DNA of 32,000 nt from Mycoplasmoides pneumoniae FH (GCF_001272835.1 NZ_CP010546.1:572809-604808); one strand, 5' to 3'; positions 11,111 through 21,390 are shown, numbered from the stretch's first letter. Notes: generated by a model not told the origin, from the sequence alone. Made by a program: numbers and translations.

Positions 11111-12556
11111 TTAACTCACCTCCCCCAAATCTTTCTTAAACTCACTTAACTTCCCCGCAGCAGCCAAATAATCCTTGTACTCGGATTGGATGTCGGTTAA
11201 GGCCTTTTTAAAGGTGGGGTTATCAGTGAAGGGTTTGGCCAAATCCGCACTTGATTTCAACAGCGCTTTGGCTAACTTAACCACTTCCGATTCTTGGGTA
11301 TCAGTCGATTGCTGTCTGCTTTGCTGGGTAGTTTGAACGCTAACAGAAGCTGCTCGGCTACTCCCCTGCACACTGCCCTTAACTTGGGTCCCCTGACCCG
11401 AACCCATCATCGCCACCAAAGCACCGTACAACTTCGCGGTTAACCCCGTTTGTGCTCACGTTTGGAACAGGCTGCCAGATTCCAGTAAGTTCAAACTAAA
11501 CTCGACGCCGTTTTCCTTAAAGTTATTACTCTTAGCTTGTAAATAGCGGTACAGCAAGATGTCGGCTTGTTTGGTGAAATCGCGTTTGTTGTTCGCCAAA
11601 AAATAATCACCACCGTCAATTGCCAGGGCGTATGTACCATCGTCACCACGGGCGTAAACAGGGGTTTGGAGTGTGGAGGTGGTTTGTTGAACTTGTTGCT
11701 GGGTGTGGGTAAGGGCGGCACTCCTTGGGAGCGGAATTAAAACAGAGTTGCCCCCGGAGCTACCACCAACATTGGTACCACTACTAGAATCTGCCCCAGT
11801 GGAAGCTGCCGCCATTGCTTGACTACTCGTCAACCGCACCGCGTCTTGGAGGTAGTGGTGTTTATCATTGGAATTATTACTACCCCCATTAGTTTGCCCG
11901 CCGCTCAGTTTGCGCTGGGTTGTGTAAAACGCATCGGTTTGATTATTCTGCTTCACCTTGACAAACGCCGGGTCGACCTTAAACCCGGGGGTTTGGTCGG
12001 TCATGGCAATTTTCGCACGCGAAACTATGGATCTAATCGCCACGGCATCCTTCCCCTCCATAAAAAAACTATCCAGCGGATTTTGGTTGGACTTATTCGA
12101 ATCTACCTTGACCTCGGGCAACGAACTCGTCTTACTCCCACCCACCAGGTACTCGTACTGGTCAATAATGGCCGTAGCTAACCCCACGCCCTTAAAGGCC
12201 CCGCGCAGGTTGGACTTGGTCACCAAGAGCTTATTGGCAGCGCCATTGCTGTTTCACTTGGTTTGCCAGTCAAACAACCCGGTGCGGGAGGATGTATTGG
12301 ATTGTTGGGTTTGACCATTCTTCTGCTCCGGAAACACCGCCTTAATGAAATCCCCGAAGTTTTGGGCACTGTTGGGGGTGGGGTCGAAGGTGGTTTTACC
12401 TTGGCTTTGTCCATTATTGGGCTCGCGAAACGCGGGGAAGGCATAGACCAACTGTAAGGCACTACCAATCGCGGCTTGGTCGTATAAGCTGTCGAGCCCG
12501 TCCTTGGGTGCTTGGTACGCGAAGAACGCTTGGGTGAGGGGAAACAGATAGAGCAA
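11111..12556 (-). pseudogene. Truncated, signal-peptide-less paralog fragment of the 14282-18382 lipoprotein gene
   Basis: Track ORFs 11111-11431, 11456-12226 and 12254-12556 are one frame joined by TGA at 11456 and 12254. Nucleotides 11114-12541 are near-identical to 16289-17710. The frame opens only at 12571 (TAA 12572-12574) with no ATG (first candidate TTG at 12556), there is no lipobox, and it ends at TAA 11111-11113 where the full gene continues. Confidence 0.65.
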
Positions 12557-12649
12557 AAGCTGTAAGCCACTTTATAATTAAGTAAATTATAGCAACGCTG
12601 TCAAAGCGTACTTTTACCATTGATTATTTCCTTAAAAAGACTTGTTTAA

Positions 12650-13876
12650 ATGACCAAAACTAAGTTTAATCCGTACCAATTTCGCAAACAATTTAAGTGG
12701 TTTAAAAACAACCCCCAATGGGTTAACTTTGACAACGCTGCTACCTCAATTGCGCTAGACACCGTTAGTCAAGCTTGCAAGGAATACTATGAGCTTTTTA
12801 GTGTCAACCCCCACAATAAAACCCCTGATCTCAACAACCAGATTATTGCCATTATTGCTGAAACCCGTCAACTAGTAGCGGACTGGTTTAATGTCACTGC
12901 ACCTGAAATTATCTTTACAAGTTCAGCCACGGAGTCCATTAATTTGTTTGCCCATGGCTTAAAGCCCTGGATTAAACCCGGTGATGAAATTGTCTTAAAG
13001 GGTGATGAACACTCGGCTAACGTTTTGCCCTGAGTGGCACTAGCTAAACAAACAAAGGCCAGACTAGTATGGGTCGAAAAGCAAGCTAACCAATCCTTAG
13101 AAGACACTTTTAAGTCATTGATTAACCCGAAAACTAAAGTAGTAGCCATTACCGCTACTTCCAATTTGTTTGGCAATTCAATTGACTTTGCTCAAATTGC
13201 CGATTACCTCAAACAAGTCAATCCTAAAGCTTTTGTAGCCGTGGATGCAGTGCAAACGGTGCAGCACAAGCAAATTGACATTGCCAAAACCCAGATCGAC
13301 TTCCTAGCCTTTTCTACTCATAAGTTTTACGGTCCCACTGGACTGGGGGTAGCTTACATTAAAAAAAGCTTACAACCCCAATTACAACCCCTCAAACTCG
13401 GGGGTGATATCTTTACCCAGATTGACCCGGACAATACAATTCACTTTAAAAGTACACCCCTAAAGTTTGAAGCCGGTACCCCCAACATTATGGCCATCTA
13501 TGCCTTAAACAAGCTGTTGCGCTTCTTTAAACAAAAGTTTAATTTTGCCCAAATGATGGCTTATGGTCACCAACTTAAACAACAAGCTTACGAACTGTTA
13601 AACAGTAATCCGCAAATTGTGCTGGCCAACCACGACCAGGATGTCCCGATTTTTTCCTTTAAACACCGCCAATTGGCTACCATTGATCTAGCCACTTTCC
13701 TAAACATCAATAAGATCATGGTACGCCAGGGCTCCATTTGTGTGGGACGTTACCGCAATAAGGATTACTTTGTGAGAGTTTCGTTAATGCACTATAACAC
13801 AGTGAAGGAGTTGCAGTATTTAGCTAAACTCCTAGCAACTGATACCAAGACAATTATTAAAAACGTAATTAAGTAA
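12650..13876 (+). CDS. nifS: Cysteine desulfurase (class V aminotransferase, NifS/SufS-like), 408 aa
   Basis: Track ORFs 12650-13033 and 13034-13876 are in frame and joined by TGA at 13031-13033. PLP-lysine motif FSTHKFYGPTGLG and a C-terminal Cys loop RQGSICVG. Confidence 0.9.
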
Positions 13877-13878
13877 CT

Positions 13879-14301
13879 ATGGATCGCAAAATAAGGGAGC
13901 AAATTATTGCCATTTACAGCAACTTACAACACAAACAGGACTTAACTCAGTTTGCCCATTGTTTAACCACTAAGGCTGATGATAACTGTGAGGACTTCTT
14001 TAACTTAGGCTTACAGTTTCAAAACAACCAACTAACAGCACTTGGTTTTAACGGGGAGGGTTGTATTATTTCGACAATTGCTAGTGAACTGACTTTAAGT
14101 GCGTTGGAAGGCAAAACAATCAAAGAAGCCATTGTCTTGTTAGAACAGTTTATGGAAGCTGTACAAACTGGTAGCTTAAGCACGCCACTACCCCAAGCTT
14201 TACAACTGTTGTGGGACTTTCAGATTGACCAGAAGCGTTTAAACTGCTTACTCCTAACACCACAGAATTTGCTACAGTGGCTTAAAGATTTTTCGCACTA
14301 A
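13879..14301 (+). CDS. nifU: NifU/SufU-like Fe-S cluster scaffold protein, 140 aa
   Basis: Intact ORF starting 2 nt after the nifS stop. It has a [14 protein letters not shown] cysteine motif and a second Cys in ADDNCEDFF. Confidence 0.78.
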   Translation: MDRKIREQIIAIYSNLQHKQDLTQFAHCLTTKADDNCEDFFNLGLQFQNNQLTALGFNGEGCIISTIASELTLSALEGKTIKEAIVLLEQFMEAVQTGSLSTPLPQALQLLWDFQIDQKRLNCLLLTPQNLLQWLKDFSH

Positions 14302-17300
14302 GCGCTAGCGTTTGCCCTAACGCATCATACAAGCGTTTGTCACCCACCAGGATTTGCTGGTGACTACGTTTGTTTTGCACCTGGTTAGCGCGCACTAAGT
14401 CTAAAAAGGCTAACTCTTGCGTACCAGCGTCCAAGGCTTGTTCTACTAGTAAAGCCATAAAGATTTCCTTTTTGAGGCCTAAAGCACTGTTCTTATCAGT
14501 TTTTCAACTAGCAGAAATTTTGTTAACGTCCTCGTTGGTAATCTGAATGACATAGCTCAAAGTCTTGACACTCGAGTCCTTGGTGAGTGGTACGGCTTTG
14601 GCTTTCTTATAGTCTTCGTTACCTTGGGAACTACTACTTGAATCAGACATCTTCACCTTGGTTTGGCCAACATAACCTTCGAACTTGTTAAAGTAACCAT
14701 CATCCAGTTTGTCCACTACATCAACCAAGAACTTCTTCTTGTTGTCAAAGCTAATCAACGGTTCCCCACTGGAGTTAAAACGTCCTAAGTTACTGGTATC
14801 GACATTAACTGCACGGTGCAACACTTCACCAAAGGCATTGAGCTCGGCATCGGAATTAGTGTTTTGGATTAAGCGTTTCAGGGTTGCTTTATCCTTGTAC
14901 TGGCTCAAGGCCCCGGATTTGTCACTACTTGTTACTAACTGACCAAAGTTGTTAAAGATTTGTTCCGTGAGTCCGGCACTAGCAGTCGACACACTTTGGG
15001 GCGAGTTAATCGTTAAACCGTTAAAGCCAAAGAAGTGTTTTTCGTTAGTGGTACCACCAGTAGACCTCTTTTGACTTTTCGTCTTATCATCAAACGGTTC
15101 CGCGGTAAAGTTGTAAGTGCTTTCGCTTTCCAGTAACGAATCGGGTTTAATTGGCGTACTCTTATCGTTAAATCAGTTGGTTTCCGAACCCTGGACATAA
15201 TCGGGGTTTTGGACAAACTTATTGAAGGGGTTGTCGCTTTGAGTATTTGTTGCCTGAGCTGTCTTTAATACTGCTACTTGCGCTTTTGCTGCGGCTGCTG
15301 ATGCCGTAGCCGTATCATCATAGCTCACCGTTCACGACACAAAGGCACGGGTACCCACGGTAATCGCTTGTTGGAGCAAGCGCTTATAGTTCTTCGCCCC
15401 ATCCTTAACTAGTCACATTAAGGTGGACAAGAAGCGCAGGTACTTGTACTGCCCATCACTACTAGATGCTTCCAGTTCACTTTCAAACGCTTTTTTACCG
15501 AGTTCCAAGAGGGTTTGATCACCAGATTTTTGCATGCCACTTGAAGCTACAGCATTTGCAACTGCTGCGCTACTTGAAAGTGAAACCATTCCTGATTGAG
15601 CTGCTTGTGCTTTTACACTACCCAACTCCTTGTAATAACCAAACTTTTCCTTGGAAGTGAGTCGTTGTCAGGAACGTAAGTACAAGGTTTGTTTAACGAG
15701 GTCGTTAAAGTCCTTGTACTCATTGCCTTTAAGTTCTTTCTTTTCAGAATCGTAATTGTTCTTAAAGTCGTTGGTATTAGTAAAGAACCACTCCTTAAAG
15801 GAATTGAGAATCTTGGTTCACTTAATCCCAACATCAGACAATAAGGCCAAGATCATGTTGGTCTGGGGCTTATTGTCCTTACTCTTGAGCGAAACAATTT
15901 CGGAGAACTGACTACCAATTTGGGGTGTTGCACCTCATTTGGTGATTAAACTAGATGCTTTAGTTTCTACATCACTAGTTAACTGCTTTAACTTTTTGTC
16001 GTTGTTTTCCCGAGTCGGTTTGATGTCCGGTTGTTTAACGGTGTTTGTGCTTTTTTGACTATCTGTTGTCTTTAGTGTTACTAAAGCGGCAGATCCTGAT
16101 TCAGATGCTTTTACTTTTCCATCTGCTGCACTATCTTCCGGAATAAAGAACTTCTCTAAAGCGGGGTAACTACCATCACTAGCGCGTTGGTAAGGGAGCG
16201 GTTGGCCCAAGCCAATCGCACTCTTTTGGGCTTGTTTTTCTAGTTGAATGTACTTATCAGCGCGGTCAATAATAGCTTGCTGTAAGCCACTCACCTCCCC
16301 CAAATCTTTCTTAAACTCACTTAACTTCTCCGCAGCAGCCAAATAATCCTTGTACTCGGATTGGATGTCGGTTAAGGCCTTTTTAAAGGTGGGGTTATCA
16401 GTGAAGGGTTTGGCCAAATCCGCACTTGATTTCAGCAGGGACTTGGCTAACTTAACCACTTCCGATTCTTGGGTATCAGTCGATTGCTGTCTGCTTTGCT
16501 GGGTAGTTTGAACGCTAACAGAAGCTGCTCGGCTACTCCCCTGCACACTGCCCTTAACTTGGGTCCCCTGACCCGAACCCATCATCGCCACCAAAGCACC
16601 GTACAACTTCGCGGTTAACCCCGTTTGTGCTCACGTTTGGAACAGGCTGCCAGATTCCAGTAAGTTCAAACTAAACTCGACGCCGTTTTCCTTAAAGTTA
16701 TTACTCTTAGCTTGTAAATAGCGGTACAGCAAGATGTCGGCTTGTTTGGTGAAATCGCGTTTGTTGTTCGCCAAAAAATAATCACCACCGTCAATTGCCA
16801 GGGCGTATGTACCATCGTCACCACGGGCGTAAACAGGAGTTTGGAGTGTGGAGGTGGTTTGTTGAACTTGTTGCTGGGTGTGGGTAAGGGCGGCACTCCT
16901 TGGGAGCGGAATTAAAACAGAGTTGCCCCCGGAGCTACCACCAACATTGGTACCACTACTAGAATCTGCCCCAGTAGAAGCTGCCGCCATTGCTTGACTA
17001 CTCGTCAACCGCACCGCGTCTTGGAGGTAGTGGTGTTTACCCTGGGAGTTATTATCCCCACTTTGCCCGCCGCTCAGTTTGCGCTGGTTTTGGTAAAAGG
17101 TATCGTTCTGCTGACTCTGCTTCACCTTGACAAACGCCGGGTTGACCTTAAACCCGGGGGTTTGGTCGGTCATGGCAATTTTCGCACGCGAAACTATGGA
17201 TCTAATCGCCACCGCATCCTTCCCCTCCATAAAAAAACTATCCAGCGGATTTTGGTTGGACTTATTCGAATCTACCTTGACCTCGGGCAACGAACTCGTT

Positions 17301-18382
17301 TTTTTCCCACCCACCAGGTACTCGTACTGGTCAATAATGGCCGTAGCTAACCCCACGCCCTTAAAGGCCCCGCGCAGGTTGGACTTGGTCACCAAGAGCT
17401 TATTGGCAGCGCCATTGGAGTTTCACTTGGTTTGCCAGTCAAACAACCCGGTGCGGGAGGATGTATTGGATTGTTGGGTTTGACCATTCTTCTGCTCCGG
17501 AAACACCGCCTTAATGAAATCCCCGAAGTTTTGGGCACTGTTGGGGGTGGGGTCGAAGGTGGTTTTACCTTGGCTTTGTCCATTATTGGGCTCGCGAAAC
17601 GCGGGGAAGGCATAGCCCAACTGTAAGGCACTACCAATCGCGGCTTGGTCGTATAAGCTGTCGAGCCCGTCCTTGGGTGCTTGGTACGCGAAGAAGGCTT
17701 GGGTGAGGGGGAGGGGGTTTTCCTCCACTACTCACTGGGCAAATAGATAAGCCTGGAGGTTAGCAAAGAACTCCCCGTTAGGATCATTTGGTTTGGAATT
17801 AACAAACTTGATTTTGTTGCTAGTACTGTCGAGGTTATCTTTGGTAGTGGGTTTAAACTGATCACTACCATCAGTCAACTGCACATTAGCAACAATGTTG
17901 CTAAAGATAAGTGATTGGAAGTCGGCTATTAAACGGTCGTATAACTTTAAGGCCTTTCAGGAACTTTCACTCCCACCCCACTGGTCGTATTCCTTTTGGA
18001 GCTCTATTGGTCAATTAATCGGTTCGGCCTGTTGTTTTTGGTCCAACAGGTTATCATGTTCATCCTCCACGTTTTCACTAAAGATAGTTAAACGGGTAGC
18101 AATGTTGCGATCCTTATTGTTTTGGTACCAACTCTTTAACGCTTCACCAAAGTTAACCCTTAAAATGGTTTCCGTACCATTGTCCTCAGCTAAAGCGGCT
18201 TTTAGTACAGCTTCAGGTTTAATGATGTTGTTTTCGGTAAACCCAATCAACTGCTTGGAGCGGTTTTGACGGGGAAACAGATTGGAGGTATTGAGTGCAG
18301 AACACGCCGCTAGCACCACCCCTAGGCCAATTCCGGTAAATGTAAACGCAACTAAAGGTCATCGCTTTAACTTATAACCCAT
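14282..18382 (-). CDS. Large surface lipoprotein, 1366 aa (MG307/MG309/MG338-family, MPN489-like from memory)
   Basis: Six track fragments (14504-14992, 15413-15625, 15935-16606, 16631-17395, 17423-17728, 18011-18319) share one frame. I translated every gap by hand and found only TGA stops. ATG at 18382-18380 gives [27 protein letters not shown], a signal peptide with lipobox LAAC. The apparent stop at 14504 is also TGA; the true stop is TAA at 14282-14284. Confidence 0.85.
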
Positions 18383-18731
18383 AAATTGTGTGTCCGTTAA
18401 AGAATAATAGTTTGCTAATTATCTCATGAATGGCACTAATTTAGCCATTGTTTATCCAGCTAATATAAATAGGTGAAGGTGAAAAACTTCAAACCGCTTT
18501 TACAATTTTGTGAGTTCTTTTGCCCAATTAAAACATTGGGCAGACCAGCATTAGATTGCTATGGTATATTTAAGCGGGACTTGGGAACCGTTAATACTAT
18601 CTCATTTTCCTCAAGATACAACTGTTTCATTTTTTCGTAACTTTTATATTTTGTAAACGTTCCTCTTATCATTCATACATGTCTTTATAATTCCCAAGTT
18701 CTAAAGAGTCCCTTCGGGGACTTTCTTAATG

Positions 18732-18785
18732 CTAAAAAAGCAGTTTGATGCTACTTATAGTCGCTATAAGCCATCTAAACTGCTT
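18732..18785 (-). terminator. Probable rho-independent terminator of recA
   Basis: On the minus strand: AAGCAGUUUAGAUGGCUUAUAG-CGA-CUAUAAGUAGCAUCAAACUGCUU, about 20 bp of imperfect stem, followed by UUUUUU (18737-18732). It lies about 100 nt downstream of the recA TAG. Confidence 0.55.
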
Positions 18786-18881
18786 TCTTAGTTTTGATAG
18801 TTATTCCTAATTTGTGTCTATATATTATATATAGTCCTTATTAATAACTATTTTTATATTTACCGGCGCTGTGGGGGTTGG

Positions 18882-19892
18882 CTAGCTCGCTGGGGGTGGC
18901 GGGCTGTGGATTTGCTTAATCGTGAGCTGCTTAATTTGTTCAAACAACTCTGGTTTTTCCGCCAACACGCTAAAGAGCTTCTCTTTGCCAATCGCAATGT
19001 TTTGGCTCTTAAACGAATATGCATTGTCACTGCGCACCACCACATTGTGTTTAAGCGCTAACTCAATCACTTCGTGTTCATACACAATACCGCGGTTAAA
19101 CATAATTTCCAAAAAGGCAACACCAAACGGGCGCGCTACCTTATTCTTGGACACGGTTAACTTACTCTTAATGCCGACATAGTTACCAAAGCGGTCTTTG
19201 AGCAGTTCACTGCGTTTGGCCTCCATCCGCATCGAAGCGTAGAACTTCAACGCCCGACCCCCAGTAGTTACTTCCCCATTACCAAACATGACTCCGGGTT
19301 TTTCCCGGAGTTGGTTAATAAACAGTAAGCAGGTGTCAGATTCAGGTAAGAGTGACTGCACACGGCGTAGTCCCTTAGACATCATCCGCGCATGGAGTCC
19401 TATTGTCTGGTCATCCATGTTGCCCTCCAGTTCTTGCTTAGGAATCAAAGCCGCCACGGAGTCCACCACAATTAAGGCCACTTTGTTGGTCTTAATCAGT
19501 GACTCCATTAGGGCAAAGGCGTTTTCCCCATGCTTGGGATGGGCTACTAGTAATTTACCCAAGTCAATCCCAATTGCCTTGGCGTAACTTAAATCTAGTG
19601 CACCCTCAGCATCAATGTAACAGGCCACTTTGCCCGCTTTTTGAAAGCTAGCGACTGCATGTAACGCGACCGTGGTTTTACCCGAGGACTCGTTACCATA
19701 AAGTTCTACAATGCGCCCTAGTGGCAAACCACCAGTGCCGAGCGCTTCATCTAAATGAAGGCTTCCAGTTGAGACAGTTTTAATTTCACTGTTTTTCTTT
19801 GCATCTAAAAAATCAAAGTCTGCCAAGTTATTGTTTTGAATAAAACTGTTGTCTTGGCTAATTTTCTTATTAATCATTTCTTTTTGTACCAT
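18882..19892 (-). CDS. recA: Recombinase RecA, 336 aa
   Basis: Intact ORF with Walker A GNESSGKTT and RecA core sequence throughout (IDAEGALD, VVDSVAAL, FINQLREK). Confidence 0.97.
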   Translation of the reverse strand: MVQKEMINKKISQDNSFIQNNNLADFDFLDAKKNSEIKTVSTGSLHLDEALGTGGLPLGRIVELYGNESSGKTTVALHAVASFQKAGKVACYIDAEGALDLSYAKAIGIDLGKLLVAHPKHGENAFALMESLIKTNKVALIVVDSVAALIPKQELEGNMDDQTIGLHARMMSKGLRRVQSLLPESDTCLLFINQLREKPGVMFGNGEVTTGGRALKFYASMRMEAKRSELLKDRFGNYVGIKSKLTVSKNKVARPFGVAFLEIMFNRGIVYEHEVIELALKHNVVVRSDNAYSFKSQNIAIGKEKLFSVLAEKPELFEQIKQLTIKQIHSPPPPAS

Positions 19893-19965
19893 TGTCGTTT
19901 ACATCATCTAAATTGATTCAAAAAGGGAAAAACGCCATTTTTTTAGATAATTAAGGCAAATTTTT

Positions 19966-21390
19966 ATGAAATTAACACTTTGGCTGGTGTTGGGCGCTGT
20001 CGGAGTCGGTGCAGTTGGTACGGGTGTGGGCTTTGGTACCAAGTACTTTTTAGACCACAAAGCCAAAAGTAACGTGGACGTTGCGTTTAAACAACGTTCA
20101 CTACGCAAACAGGTCAATGTGGGCTTTTGGAATGCACTCAACTTCTTGGGTAGTGAAAGAAGTTTCGGCAACCAAAACAGTAAGGTTAAAACCAAGGGGA
20201 TTGCTGAAATTATTAACCTCCTTAAGTACGACATTGTCGGTTTAGCGGAAATTCAACCATCCACTGAAAGTACTGCTGAACGGTTTGTCGACCAACTCAA
20301 CGAGTACGCTGATCCTTATACCTCCTGGTCTTATGATCTATCTCCCGTAACTACCAGTAAGACTGCTAGTGAAGGCCAGAAGGAACGGATCTTAATTGTT
20401 TACAACAGCCAGAGTGTCAAAATGGAGGGACAAGGTTGGTTTTATGACAATCCCGAAATGGACATTAGTAACTATGTCAGTGATGGGAGTTCTTCCAAAA
20501 CAAGAACACCTAAGAAAACTAAAACTAGTAAAAAGAAGCCTACTAAAAAGAAAAGTTCAAGAAGCAAATCTTCCAAAGGTAGTAAGAAACAAAAAACTAC
20601 CAATGAAAGTGAAAGTGAAACTTTAGAACTCAAACTGGAACAACGCCGTGTAACAACACGCTCACAATCAAAGCAACAAAAGGGGCAAGAACAAGCAACT
20701 GATCAAACTGATAGTGAGGGTGTGACTACTGAAGAAGGAGCAGATAACACTGACACTGAATTAGTTGAAACCACAGCGGAAACAACCGAACAAGAAGCTA
20801 CCACGGAAAGTACAAAAGACACTAAGGAAACTAAAGATAGAATCAAAGTGGACTGATCGCGTCCCCCTTACAGTGCTGAATTTAGTACCCAAAAGGGCAA
20901 AGTAGTAGTGGCTTTTGGTCATTTTGACTCTCCGGGGGCAAACACTAAGCGGGGTGAAAAAATCGCTAAGATGGGCAAGGGTCAAGGTGCCCATGAATAC
21001 TTTGAAGCGCAAACTACCTTCAAGGCAATGGATTCCATTAAGCAGCACTTTAACAACGAAAACATCCTGTTTATGGCTGACACTAACATTAAATTCGGTA
21101 ATCAAGCCGCTGCTTTTGGTGAAAGCAAAGATTACACCTTTTTAACTGAAGATAATGAAGCGTGAAAATCTTCATTGGGTACAAAGAGTGGTTATGCCAA
21201 CCCTTATGATAAGATTATTACCTCTAACAGCTTTAAGAATAAGGTCTTGAATCAAGCTGAACCCTACTGAAATTACTTTGACCGTTACTTAAAAACTAAG
21301 GGTCACAATAGTTATCTGTTTGATCTAGCTAGTTGGGGCACTAAACCTAGAACTATTTCTGACCACGCCCCTGTAGGAGTGTTGTTTTAA
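19966..21390 (+). CDS. Membrane-anchored endonuclease/exonuclease/phosphatase-family nuclease, 474 aa (MnuA/MPN491-like)
   Basis: Track ORF 19966-20856 continues through TGA at 20854, 21163 and 21259 to TAA 21388-21390. N-terminal TM helix LTLWLVLGAVGVGAVGTGVGFG, an EEP-type N-terminal block VGFWNALNF...DIVGLAEIQ and C-terminal catalytic SDHAPVGV. Confidence 0.85.

Noticed and set aside
11491-12570. Alternative-frame and antisense ORFs in the GC-rich duplicated segments: 11491-11721, 11819-12181, 11958-12314, 12220-12570 and 12263-12457, with their twins at 16666-16896, 16994-17350, 17127-17483, 17389-17637 and 17432-17626.
   Set aside because: They overlap a well-supported frame with homology across both copies. 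They have biased P/R/G-rich low-complexity translations. They are the expected by-product of locally high GC content, which depletes stop codons.
9889-12600. The possibility that the RepMP1/DUF16 island plus the duplicated lipoprotein segment is an IS element or prophage remnant.
   Set aside because: No transposase, integrase or phage-like ORF appears in any frame under code 4, and no terminal inverted repeats longer than the 15-nt core were found.
19908-20234. A 108-aa minus-strand ORF across the recA-nuclease spacer and the nuclease 5' end, and the alternative-frame ORFs 20396-20626, 20761-21105, 20908-21165 and 20915-21145.
   Set aside because: They overlap the nuclease frame, which has clear EEP motifs. 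The sequences are low-complexity mirror translations.
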